The notes under the pieces were generated by a model, which had not been told where the DNA came from, did no database searches, and saw only the letters and a list, made by a program, of their open reading frames with translations. The translations under genes were made by a program, and so were the position numbers. From positions 40,926 through 104,925 of the IMG/VR virus record IMGVR_UViG_3300017782_004332: a DNA stretch of 64,000 bases. One strand, 5' to 3'. Positions 10,023-18,739 of the stretch are shown here, in pieces; the stretch's first letter is position 1; every line of letters starts with the position of its first letter. Source of the DNA: a virus.

Positions 10023-11129
10023 ATGCTAAAACATGTTCTCATACATACCGTCCTCTTATTTGGTTTTTCATTCCCTGCCCTTGCGACTATTGGCGATGTT
10101 ATCCAACAAGAAGGTAACGCTGTCATTGAACGTGAGGCAGGAGAAATAGTTACAAGCCAAAAAGATACTGATGTGTTTAGTATGGACACAGTATTAACAC
10201 AGCAAGGAGCAACTTCTATTCAATTTATAGACGATACAAGAGTTGACGTTACTCCGCATAGTAAATTAGTAATAGACGATTTTGTTTATGATCCTAATTC
10301 TAAAACAGGTGCTCTGTCGTTAAAAGCATCTTTAGGAACTGTTAGATACGCAAGTGGACAAATAGCAAAAAATTCAAGACAAAATGTCAAGATAAAAACA
10401 CCAACAGCAGTGATTGGTGTTAGAGGAACAGATTTTACCATGACCGTCGATGAGACTGGTAGTACTATGGTAATCCTACTGCCCAGTTGTACAACAAATG
10501 GGATATGTATAGTAGGAGAAATTTCAGTGGAGTCAGACGTGGGTATAGTAATACTCAATCAGGCCTTCCAAGTTACTTCTGTTGACACTCCTAAGAGTGC
10601 TCCACTGAAACCCTTATTGTTAGATCCAACTAATTTGATCATTAATAATATGTTGATTATACGCAAACCTGTGTATGACGATGAACAACAAGAATATGAA
10701 AGAGTTAGAAAGTTAGGCGACTTCTTAGGCGTTGACTTTTTATCCTTTGATGAACTTAATACAAACTACTTTGCAGAAAGTGAAAAAGGTCTTTGGATGA
10801 CCGATTTAGACATAGACTTCTTAGGTCATAACTTTCTTGCAAACGTATTAGATCAAATTAATCAAGCATTAGCAAGACTTATGCGTGGAGCATTAGACTC
10901 AAGACAAAAGGGTATACAGTTAGGTAAAGATCCAGAAACAGGAATAGAATTGTATGATCAAAACCCAGACTGGGTATTAAGACGTGATGACGGATTAGGA
11001 AACTTTTATGAATTACGTTTAGATCAACAGTATGGTTATAATATTAATATGCAACAGAACGATTTTGAATACAGAGACTACCAACTTGGAGATGGACAAA
11101 ATGAAATTGACATTGTCCAAACACAATAA
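10023..11129 (+). CDS. FecR-domain secreted protein
   Basis: Signal peptide; D.V.T, F.DDT.V...S.L.IDDF.YDP, G..RY.SG, KTPTAVIGVRGTDF FecR signature. Confidence 0.85.
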   Translation: MLKHVLIHTVLLFGFSFPALATIGDVIQQEGNAVIEREAGEIVTSQKDTDVFSMDTVLTQQGATSIQFIDDTRVDVTPHSKLVIDDFVYDPNSKTGALSLKASLGTVRYASGQIAKNSRQNVKIKTPTAVIGVRGTDFTMTVDETGSTMVILLPSCTTNGICIVGEISVESDVGIVILNQAFQVTSVDTPKSAPLKPLLLDPTNLIINNMLIIRKPVYDDEQQEYERVRKLGDFLGVDFLSFDELNTNYFAESEKGLWMTDLDIDFLGHNFLANVLDQINQALARLMRGALDSRQKGIQLGKDPETGIELYDQNPDWVLRRDDGLGNFYELRLDQQYGYNINMQQNDFEYRDYQLGDGQNEIDIVQTQ

Positions 11130-12592
11130 TGTTTGAGAGATTTATTATAAGATTGGCACTTGTATTATTTGTACTTATGGTGATGTTAGCATCTAAACCT
11201 GTACAGGCTAATGACGCATTTATATATTATAAAAATAGTGGTACCTATGCTACTACAAGCCAGTACAACAACTTAAAAACAGAACTTGAAGATGCAGGCT
11301 TTACTGTTTCAAGTAGCACAAGTGGTACTGTAAGTTCAAGTGATGTGTCAGGTCAGGACCTTGTGATTGATATCACAGGTGGTTCAAACTGTGGTAGTAC
11401 TTGTAAATCAGTGTATGACAGTTATGTTAGTGGTGGTGGTAAATTAGTTATAGTAGGAACCTACGGAGCAACCAACAGAAATAGCAGTATAGAAGCACTG
11501 ATCGAAACTAAGATGAGTGTAGGAAGTTTCACTTTAGGTGGAGGTTGTAGTACTTGTTATAGTTCAGTTGCTGTAGGAAATTACGCTTCAACAGGTGTAG
11601 CAGGTGAGAATGTTTTACCAGGTACAGACCACTATATGTACAGCGTATCTGGTGGTACCGCAATGGCTAATAACTCCACCAGTAGTTCTAATATAAGAAT
11701 GTGGCACAAATGGGACTATGGTAGTAATGGTGGAAGTGTAGCAGTTACTTTTGGTTATGGACAATTTCTTTCAACTCACACGTATGCAAGTAATATGAAT
11801 GACTTCTTGTATCGAGCAATGCAAGAAGAAGGATTAATTACAACAGCGTCTTATACTTCAAGCATCAGTAACGCACAGACCACACAAATGACAACATCAA
11901 GAGGTGTAACACACAATGGTAATGGAATATACATTAATCAAGTAGGCAACAGTAATTCACTTACTATTGTACAAGACGGCAATGATAACTTAATAGCAGG
12001 TGTTGGTAGTACAACAAACAGTTTAGTTGATGCAGATATTACAGGAAATAACAACACTACTACACTAAAACAAAAAGGTAACAACAATGTTATGTTGTTT
12101 GATATTACAGGCGATTCTAATACGACAACTGTTGATCAAGGTAGTACATCAGGTGCAGATGATAATAGAGTTGAGTTTGATATTAATGGCGACACTAATA
12201 CAACAAGTATAACACAAAATCATAACAACGGTATAGGAACTAATGGACACTTCTTTGCATTAGATTTAGATGGTGACAACAACAATGTTTTAGCAAGTCA
12301 ACTCAATGACGGAGATAAAAAAGCATTCCTAAGTGTACAAGGTGATGATAACGACATTGATCTAATACAACAAGGTGCAGGTTCGCACTATGCAGAAATT
12401 GCTGTTGGCAGTGATCAAACTGTTGACATTACACAAGACGGCAGTGGACAACATAACACTTCAGTGTCTATGTCAGGGTTTAGTGCAACACTTGACCTTG
12501 ATCAATCTGGTTCAACAAATCAAACATATTCAATAAACCAATCTTGTATAAATGCAAATGGTTGTGGTACAACTACTGTAACACAACAATAA
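11129..12592 (+). CDS. Secreted protein with N-terminal globular domain and C-terminal curlin-like repeats
   Basis: Signal peptide (VQA|ND); IYINQVGNSN, IVQDGNDN, KQKGNNN, VQGDDN, ITQDGSG repeats. Confidence 0.75.
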   Translation: MFERFIIRLALVLFVLMVMLASKPVQANDAFIYYKNSGTYATTSQYNNLKTELEDAGFTVSSSTSGTVSSSDVSGQDLVIDITGGSNCGSTCKSVYDSYVSGGGKLVIVGTYGATNRNSSIEALIETKMSVGSFTLGGGCSTCYSSVAVGNYASTGVAGENVLPGTDHYMYSVSGGTAMANNSTSSSNIRMWHKWDYGSNGGSVAVTFGYGQFLSTHTYASNMNDFLYRAMQEEGLITTASYTSSISNAQTTQMTTSRGVTHNGNGIYINQVGNSNSLTIVQDGNDNLIAGVGSTTNSLVDADITGNNNTTTLKQKGNNNVMLFDITGDSNTTTVDQGSTSGADDNRVEFDINGDTNTTSITQNHNNGIGTNGHFFALDLDGDNNNVLASQLNDGDKKAFLSVQGDDNDIDLIQQGAGSHYAEIAVGSDQTVDITQDGSGQHNTSVSMSGFSATLDLDQSGSTNQTYSINQSCINANGCGTTTVTQQ

Positions 12593-12602
12593 TAAATACG
12601 TT

Positions 12603-13022
12603 ATGAACAAGAGTAGGTGGCAACGTTTTAAAGAATGGTGGACCATTGATCATGTAGTTGATCTTTGTGTTGATGCATTGCTTTTAATATGGGAAGTAGT
12701 TTCAAGTCCTATTCTTATTGTTGTTAGAATTATTAGACACTTTATAGGTGATTGGTTTGTTGGCGGACTTAAACGTATTGCCCGAGCAATAGTTCATTGG
12801 TTTGCACGTAAGAGAGCATACCGCAAAGAACACGGACACGGAATATTTAGAACCTATTGGTACCTAATACTAACAAGTCCTTTTATAGCATTTTTCCTTT
12901 TTATTTTTCTTGCAATGATAACAGGTATTGCACAAGACCTTCCTGAAATGTTAGAACTGCTAATACGTGGTTGTGATTCTTTACAGCCTGCCGCAGAACA
13001 ATATTGGTGCAATATTAACTAA
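12603..13022 (+). CDS. Hypothetical membrane protein
   Basis: Hydrophobic segments; TAAATA at 12593-12598. Confidence 0.55.
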   Translation: MNKSRWQRFKEWWTIDHVVDLCVDALLLIWEVVSSPILIVVRIIRHFIGDWFVGGLKRIARAIVHWFARKRAYRKEHGHGIFRTYWYLILTSPFIAFFLFIFLAMITGIAQDLPEMLELLIRGCDSLQPAAEQYWCNIN

Positions 13023-13054
13023 ATATATTTGTTACAAGAGAAGGGCGAGGGTAA

Positions 13055-13537
13055 TTGATTGATCCAATATCAGCGGTCATGGCCGCAACATCAGCCTTCA
13101 GCACAGTCAAGAAGTTTGTAAGTGCTGGACAAGAGTTTGAACAAGTAGCAGGCCAACTTGGCAAATGGTACACAGCAGTCAGTGACTTCCGCCACGCACA
13201 ACAAGAACAAAAGAAACCACCCTTATTCAAAAAATTATTTGCCGCAGGTAGTGTAGAAGAAGAAGCACTACAACTCCTAATACACGAAAAGAAAATCATG
13301 GAGCAAGAAAAAGAACTTGCGGTGTTGCTGAACCTACGTTTCGGATACGGGACAATGGAAGAACTCAAAGAGATGCGTCGAAAGATTAGAACCCAGCGTG
13401 AACGCACCATATACAGACAAGCACAACGAAAGAAAGCATTCATTGAAGCAGTGTCAATTGCCGTATTGTTAGGTGTACTTGTTGTTGCTGTAGGTATTAT
13501 GTTTTGGTTTATAGGAAAGGCGAAAGGTTTATTTTAA
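13055..13537 (+). CDS. Hypothetical coiled-coil protein with C-terminal TM
   Basis: 160 aa ORF after TAAATA 13020 and GAGGG. Confidence 0.6.
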   Translation: MIDPISAVMAATSAFSTVKKFVSAGQEFEQVAGQLGKWYTAVSDFRHAQQEQKKPPLFKKLFAAGSVEEEALQLLIHEKKIMEQEKELAVLLNLRFGYGTMEELKEMRRKIRTQRERTIYRQAQRKKAFIEAVSIAVLLGVLVVAVGIMFWFIGKAKGLF

Positions 13538-13837
13538 TTGAGATATGTTTATGAGAACTATGTTTTTGTAAATGATAACAACAAAGGTATACTTTACAAA
13601 GACAACACATTGGTGTTCATGGGAAATGCCTGGACTGGCATAAACATATTCTTAAATTCTACAAACCATGCTCAAGAAGTCCGAGACATGTTTAAATCAC
13701 AATTAGATCAACGAGAGCAAATTAGATTCAAAGCAGAATCTAAAAAACCCAAAGACCCTGATCCTATACAACGACCAGAGCCAAAGAAAGATCCAGTGTT
13801 AAGGCGTTCAAGGAATGACCGGAGACTTGTTAGGTGA
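13538..13837 (+). CDS. Hypothetical protein
   Basis: ORF abutting neighbours, TTG start. Confidence 0.5.
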   Translation: MRYVYENYVFVNDNNKGILYKDNTLVFMGNAWTGINIFLNSTNHAQEVRDMFKSQLDQREQIRFKAESKKPKDPDPIQRPEPKKDPVLRRSRNDRRLVR

Positions 13838-14052
13838 TACACGCATTTATGTTAGTAGTATTGATTGGTGGAGACTTACAACCAGCACCTATGTATTTTA
13901 GAAGTATTGATGTTTGTCAATACTATGCTAAACGCATACCAAGACAGTATGGAAACTATTCACACAGTAGTTTAGTACCTTCTGAACACAGAGTTACAGC
14001 ATATTGTAAGCCTGTAAAAGTCCAGGACGGACCTAACATATACGATCATTAA
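13834..14052 (+). CDS. Hypothetical protein
   Basis: GTGA overlap; hydrophobic N-terminus, two Cys. Confidence 0.5.
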   Translation: MIHAFMLVVLIGGDLQPAPMYFRSIDVCQYYAKRIPRQYGNYSHSSLVPSEHRVTAYCKPVKVQDGPNIYDH

Positions 14053-14081
14053 GATGGTAAATACAAAACAAAGGAGTTGTT

Positions 14082-14303
14082 ATGGAAAAAGTAATTAATA
14101 TCAAAGAAAATGCTCGTGTAGAAGACGAGGATTATGTAAAGTCAAAAGAAGAACGCAAAGCAGTTGAGGCTAATAAGGCTCCAGCAGTTGAAAAAGGCGT
14201 TGACCCTTCAATTGAATATACAGATGAAAATAGAGAAGAAGTAAATGATTCTGATCTAGAAAAACCTGTTCACGCAGTTGCTACAAGTAAAAATAGAAAA
14301 TAA
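14082..14303 (+). CDS. Hypothetical charged protein
   Basis: TAAATA 14058 and AAGGAG SD. Confidence 0.55.
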   Translation: MEKVINIKENARVEDEDYVKSKEERKAVEANKAPAVEKGVDPSIEYTDENREEVNDSDLEKPVHAVATSKNRK

Positions 14304-14629
14304 TAGGTTGTGATATGCAGGCTTTGGTCTACAGTCTGCAACAACCAAAATTCCCTATCACTTTCAATAATATTATATTTCTTCTTAATATAAGTTTTAG
14401 AAAAATCTATATTCCAGTGTGCAATATGATCTATTATTCCTAGCATTAGTGCAATCTGAAAATCTACAAAAAAAGCACTTATTACAAATGTTAATAATGA
14501 ATGATGTAGATAATGTATTTGTGCTCGTGGATTAAAATAGAATTGCTTAACCGATCCTGTTACAAAATATCTTTGTAATGCTAAGTCGGCTATTGTGTGT
14601 TTGATACAGTACCAGAAGAAAAGTTCCAT
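14270..14629 (-). CDS. DUF3307-like membrane protein
   Basis: KHTIADLALQ, H..H, HW.IDF.K, DQ.LH motif pattern; TAAATA on - strand at 14665-14670. Confidence 0.7.
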   Translation of the reverse strand: MELFFWYCIKHTIADLALQRYFVTGSVKQFYFNPRAQIHYLHHSLLTFVISAFFVDFQIALMLGIIDHIAHWNIDFSKTYIKKKYNIIESDREFWLLQTVDQSLHITTYYFLFLLVATA

Positions 14630-14712
14630 CAACAGTAATTACCCTCGCTCGTTGGGGACATTGTTATTTACTGGTTTTGGAAAAATAATAAACACGTAGT
14701 TTAAAAAAGTGG

Positions 14713-14741
14713 TTGACCTTTGAGTAGAGTTGTGTTACTAT
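14713..14741 (+). promoter_or_regulatory. Sigma70-like early promoter
   Basis: TTGACC-N17-TACTAT. Confidence 0.65.
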
Positions 14742-14778
14742 ATAAACATAGTTAGGAATTAGACAAGAGGAGTATTCC

Positions 14779-15042
14779 ATGGCTTACTGGACTCACACTA
14801 AAAATCCAATCGGCGCATTTACGGAAAAAGATGTAGGAAACATCTTTGAGTATTCTGTGAATGACGATCAGTTTAATATCGACATGCCCCACAAAATATG
14901 GGTAGGCGGATTAGTGAATGACTCCGGTTTTAGATATGGCCAAGTTAAAAAAACTGTGGCGTATATCGTTACCGACGAAGACGATTATGGATTGCCAGTT
15001 GTTCAAAAATGGCAAATTAAAAATCAGCGGGAGTATAGTTAA
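14779..15042 (+). CDS. Hypothetical protein
   Basis: GAGGAG SD, 87 aa. Confidence 0.6.
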   Translation: MAYWTHTKNPIGAFTEKDVGNIFEYSVNDDQFNIDMPHKIWVGGLVNDSGFRYGQVKKTVAYIVTDEDDYGLPVVQKWQIKNQREYS

Positions 15043-15049
15043 TATCTTA

Positions 15050-15126
15050 CTGCCCGTAGAACAACTGGATAGTTCATCAGTCTTCTAAACTGAGGGTTGC
15101 AGGTTCGAATCCTGCCGGGCAGGCCA
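15050..15126 (+). tRNA. tRNA-Arg(TCT)
   Basis: Acceptor CTGCCCG/CGGGCAG, anticodon arm TCAGT-CTTCTAA-ACTGA, GGTTCGAATCC T-loop, encoded CCA. Confidence 0.95.
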
Positions 15127-15261
15127 ATTCGTAGCACAGAAGTGCTACATTTAAGGAAAGATCTGGGGATCCGTGAGCGTTGTTTGTATGGGACTCCGTG
15201 TTCATAATGAGCCAGATCATCAAGTAGGCGGGTTGGGGGCTGTACTTGGAATAATTAAAAG

Positions 15262-15291
15262 TTGACAAATGACTAAATATACGTATATAAT
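15262..15291 (+). promoter_or_regulatory. Sigma70-like promoter (TTGACA-N18-TATAAT) with nested TAAATA
   Basis: Read directly; ATG follows at 15300 with no SD. Confidence 0.6.
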
Positions 15292-15299
15292 TAATTGTT

Positions 15300-15863
15300 A
15301 TGCCTAAATATGATAATTGGAATAGTTCTGACGCAGTAGATAGATCGTTACTTGATAACGACATATACTACCTAAGCGGAGAAATTACTAACGAAAACGT
15401 TGGTGAATGTATCAAATGGATTCTTAGTGCAAATTTAGTTAAGAAACCAAAGAGAACCTTAGAACTTTATATTAACACAACCGGCGGAGATCTATATGAG
15501 ATGTTTGCTTTAATTGATGTAATGAAAAACAGTTATCACAATATAAGCACAGTAGGTGTTGGTGCTGTTATGAGTGCCGGATTTATGATTTTTGCAAGTG
15601 GTACAAAAGGATATCGTTGGATTGGTAAGAACACAGGTATTATGAATCATCAACATTCAGACACAATGGAATCTAAAATGCATGACATGAAAGCACAGAT
15701 GAAAGAAAATAATAATTGCGAACAAAGATGTATGCAAATTCTTAAAGATGCAACTGGAATGAGTGTCCAGGAAGTTAACAGTAAATTTATTAAAAATCCT
15801 AGTGATCAATATTACACAGCCAAACAATTGGTTGACCTAGGTATAGCAGACGATATATTATAG
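15300..15863 (+). CDS. Divergent ClpP-like protease subunit
   Basis: LYINTTGG, VMSAG (Ser), IMNHQ (His), YYTA..LV.LG.AD.I. Confidence 0.82.
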   Translation: MPKYDNWNSSDAVDRSLLDNDIYYLSGEITNENVGECIKWILSANLVKKPKRTLELYINTTGGDLYEMFALIDVMKNSYHNISTVGVGAVMSAGFMIFASGTKGYRWIGKNTGIMNHQHSDTMESKMHDMKAQMKENNNCEQRCMQILKDATGMSVQEVNSKFIKNPSDQYYTAKQLVDLGIADDIL

Positions 15864-15870
15864 AGGTAAC

Positions 15871-16359
15871 ATGAAAAAATTTAAAGACAATGTAGACGAC
15901 TTTTTTAAATGGGTCAAAGGCACAGAACTTGTAGAACTAGACGACATTGATGTAGCAGAAGATCCGGTAAGGCCTGAACTAACACTAGGATTTAGAATCA
16001 CGCATGGACGTAAGATTTTTGGGCTAAAGTACGAAAACGAAATTGAAGCAATCGTTTGTACGGCGGCCTGTCCTGAAGTTCCATTTACTGTAAGAGAAAT
16101 GGATTACATGTCACAGGCGGCAAATCAGGGTGCTGAAAGAGGTCAAATTCTTGTTGCATACACAGTATGGTCACGTAAGCGTGGTGCAGGTAAAGAAATT
16201 ATTAAAAAGTTAGGCGAATATGCAGATACTCAAAACTTTGAGAGACTAGTTACATTATCACCATTAACACCTATGGCTACCCACTTTCATATCAAGAATG
16301 GAGCCAAGCAAGTAAACATTAACGACGAAACTCAAAATTTCGAATATAAGTTAAATTAA
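15871..16359 (+). CDS. Hypothetical protein, possible GNAT-like fold
   Basis: YTVWS.KRGAGK.II resembles an acetyl-CoA binding loop; VTLSP.T.MA..FH.KNGA. Confidence 0.5.
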   Translation: MKKFKDNVDDFFKWVKGTELVELDDIDVAEDPVRPELTLGFRITHGRKIFGLKYENEIEAIVCTAACPEVPFTVREMDYMSQAANQGAERGQILVAYTVWSRKRGAGKEIIKKLGEYADTQNFERLVTLSPLTPMATHFHIKNGAKQVNINDETQNFEYKLN

Positions 16360-16380
16360 ATACATTGATAGGAGAAAAAA

Positions 16381-16815
16381 ATGCCAGTTAGATCATTTGC
16401 ATGTGAAGAATGCGAGATGGAATGGGATCAACTCGTTGGTATAAATGAGACCATTGATGTTTGTCCGAACTGTGGTTCTAGTAAAGTAGAAAAACAAATC
16501 ACAGGAGCACCTGTTCTTAGAAAGGGTGAAGAATCTTGGAATGCAAGAAAAGGTAAATGGGAAACTTCTAAAGCAGTAACTGATAGACATTCTACACAGA
16601 TGGATGTCGGGTATAGACCAATTGAAGAATCTAGAGTAAAAGAATTTGATAATGTTTATCCAACTGCCGTATATGGTGAATATGAAGATAGAGTAAGTGT
16701 ATTACAAAAAGTTGATTACGATCCTAAAGAAATTAAAGATAAAACAAAAGAGTGGGAAAAGAAAATGGAAGGAAAGGGAGCGACTGTTGGTGTTATTAAA
16801 CCTAAGTCAAAATAA
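16381..16815 (+). CDS. FmdB-family zinc-ribbon protein
   Basis: MP...F.CEEC ... CPNCGS. Confidence 0.7.
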   Translation: MPVRSFACEECEMEWDQLVGINETIDVCPNCGSSKVEKQITGAPVLRKGEESWNARKGKWETSKAVTDRHSTQMDVGYRPIEESRVKEFDNVYPTAVYGEYEDRVSVLQKVDYDPKEIKDKTKEWEKKMEGKGATVGVIKPKSK

Positions 16816-16820
16816 CTGCC

Positions 16821-17525
16821 ATGTATCTTTCAGAAATCCAACAACCGATTAGTCGAGAAGAAATTGAAATTGCACTAGAACCATTTCTTATATTTTTAAG
16901 TAGTGGTGATCAACCTCTTAAAAGAAAACACATTGCTAAAAAATTAGAACAAACACTAAAACAATTTGGTGTTGATACTGTAAAAGTTATCGCAAGTAAA
17001 AATGTAGATAGTGGCGACATGAATATGAACGCCGCATATGACCCGTATGATGACGAAGATGGGTTTGATCCTTTTACTATTGATTTAATTTTTAGTGAAC
17101 AAGATACAGAACTAGAGTTTACTAAAGAAGGAATAGTAAACATTAAAGATAGAATAATTGATGCATTAGAACATGAAATGATTCATATGCGTCAATATAG
17201 ATCAAGAAGGTTTGTTCGTCAACGTGAGTATAAGACAAAAGATAAAGAACCTGATGTTAAACGTGCTAAGGAATATCTTGGCAACGATGACGAGATTGAA
17301 GCATTTGCAAAAAATATTTCAACAGAACTTTTAAGAAAAAGAAATAAAGAAGATGCAATGAATCTTTTACGTAGTGTAAAAGACACTGCCGGTTTAAAAG
17401 ACGAACTAGGTTATCTTCTTTCACCTAACCTGTTAGGTTACCTTGCAGTGTGGGGATTTAATACATCACATCCTGTGATAAAAAAAATGTTAAAAAAAGT
17501 ATACAATAACATAGAAAACAGTTGA
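16821..17525 (+). CDS. HExxH zincin-like protein
   Basis: LEHEMIHMRQ plus downstream DEIEAFA. Confidence 0.55.
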   Translation: MYLSEIQQPISREEIEIALEPFLIFLSSGDQPLKRKHIAKKLEQTLKQFGVDTVKVIASKNVDSGDMNMNAAYDPYDDEDGFDPFTIDLIFSEQDTELEFTKEGIVNIKDRIIDALEHEMIHMRQYRSRRFVRQREYKTKDKEPDVKRAKEYLGNDDEIEAFAKNISTELLRKRNKEDAMNLLRSVKDTAGLKDELGYLLSPNLLGYLAVWGFNTSHPVIKKMLKKVYNNIENS

Positions 17526-17550
17526 CAAAGTTACCATTCGGTAGTATTAT
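17522..17550 (+). promoter_or_regulatory. Sigma70-like promoter for tRNA cluster
   Basis: TTGACA-N17-TATTAT. Confidence 0.7.
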
Positions 17551-17570
17551 AAGGTATAGTTAGAAACACA

Positions 17571-17656
17571 GCGGGCGTGGTGGAATAGGTAGACACACAA
17601 GACTTAAAATCTTGAGACCACAGGTCGTGCGAGTTCGAGTCTCGCCGCCCGCACCA
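17571..17656 (+). tRNA. tRNA-Leu(TAA)
   Basis: GCGGGCG/CGCCCGC acceptor, CAAGA-CTTAAAA-TCTTG, long variable arm, CCA. Confidence 0.95.
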
Positions 17657-17756
17657 AAAGAGGAATGAGTATAAACATGGTTAAGCCTGTAACCTCTATA
17701 AAATTAAGACACAGGTAGGAAACGGTGGCCGCCTTCATAGAAAGGGCCACGCCTAA

Positions 17757-17830
17757 GCCGGGATGGTGTAGTGGCAACATGATGGTCTCCAAAACCACAG
17801 ACTGAGGTTCGATTCCTTGTTCCGGTGCCA
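17757..17830 (+). tRNA. tRNA-Trp(CCA)
   Basis: GCCGGGA/TTCCGGT acceptor, TGGT-CTCCAAA-ACCA, GGTTCGATTCC, CCA. Confidence 0.92.
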
Positions 17831-17846
17831 ATTAATAGGATTATAT

Positions 17847-18017
17847 ATGTGGGAAATATGGTGCAAAGCAATAGGAGAAAAAGCATATGAAGATAACAAT
17901 CGCTCTGACAGAGTTGCAATTATACGCAGTTGCTGGGTGTTGCTACACATTCTTACTTGCCTTGCTATTATCTTAAATGCAATAGCAAATCACGGCTGGG
18001 GATTATTAGGCCTATAA
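17847..18017 (+). CDS. Small hypothetical membrane protein
   Basis: ATG after AGGA; the longer ORF-track start overlaps tRNA-Trp. Confidence 0.5.
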   Translation: MWEIWCKAIGEKAYEDNNRSDRVAIIRSCWVLLHILTCLAIILNAIANHGWGLLGL

Positions 18018-18030
18018 CAAGGAGATAAAG

Positions 18031-18189
18031 ATGAAAAGCACAAAAAGTGAAGCAGACCAAAAAGCAATTGATGAATGGTTAGCAAAAGGAAATAAGATTA
18101 CTGTCTATCCTAAGTTTCAACGTACTGCTAATACTGATGTAAAATATGCGTGGGGACGAAAGAAGAAGAAGAAAGAAGAAAAGAAATAA
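18031..18189 (+). CDS. Small basic protein (not in ORF track), weak SutA RNAP-binding-like motif
   Basis: AAGGAG SD; MKSTKSEADQKAIDEWLAKGNKITVYP...KKKKKEEKK*. Confidence 0.55.
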   Translation: MKSTKSEADQKAIDEWLAKGNKITVYPKFQRTANTDVKYAWGRKKKKKEEKK

Positions 18190-18195
18190 TATAGT

Positions 18196-18271
18196 AGGCC
18201 TGTAGTTCAGTGGTTAGAACCAACCGCTCATAACGGTTTTGTCGTCGGTTCGAATCCGGCCGGGCCTACCA
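18196..18271 (+). tRNA. tRNA with CAT anticodon (Ile2-like or elongator Met)
   Basis: AGGCCTG/CGGGCCT acceptor, AACCG-CTCATAA-CGGTT, CCA; lacks initiator features. Confidence 0.9.
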
Positions 18272-18293
18272 ACTTACTTGAAAGGTAAAGATA

Positions 18294-18530
18294 TTGGGAA
18301 GAGTTTTTATTGAAGAAGCAATGCAAAGAACAGGCATTAATAGAACGGATCTAGTCGGAGTGCTTACATACTTAATTAGAACTAAACAAGCAACCAGCCA
18401 AGGCGATGCAATAAACAAACTTGAATCAGGAGAGTTTGACGGTGTTAACTTAAAAGAAAAATTAATTGAATACTATCAAGTTAAACTATCTGATTTAGAA
18501 GATAATGAAGAAGAGGTTGACAAAACTTAA
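18294..18530 (+). CDS. Hypothetical protein
   Basis: 78 aa, TTG start after AAGGT. Confidence 0.5.
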   Translation: MGRVFIEEAMQRTGINRTDLVGVLTYLIRTKQATSQGDAINKLESGEFDGVNLKEKLIEYYQVKLSDLEDNEEEVDKT

Positions 18531-18568
18531 ATTGATGCTATTATATATTAATAATAGAGGAGTAGAAA

Positions 18569-18739
18569 ATGTCAACATTAAACGAACAAGCAGAGACCCT
18601 AGCACGTATGTCAACAGATGAACGTGATAATTTTGTAGAAAGCATTGTAACTAGATATCCTAATCTAGCAGACGAACTAATGAGTTCGATCGGATATGCA
18701 CTACTAGAACAAGACATAGGAGAAGACAATGAAATTTGA
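18569..18739 (+). CDS. Small hypothetical protein (not in ORF track)
   Basis: GAGGAG SD, MSTLNEQAETLARM...; TTGACA at 18517 upstream. Confidence 0.55.
   Translation: MSTLNEQAETLARMSTDERDNFVESIVTRYPNLADELMSSIGYALLEQDIGEDNEI

Noticed and set aside
15155-15250. tRNA-Sec-like start GGAAAGATC
   Set aside because: No TCA anticodon arm, T-loop or matching acceptor 3' strand
15077-15364. Minus-strand ORF ending CPAGFEPATLSLED
   Set aside because: Antisense translation of tRNA-Arg
17604-17950. Three minus-strand ORFs
   Set aside because: Antisense shadows of tRNA-Leu/tRNA-Trp
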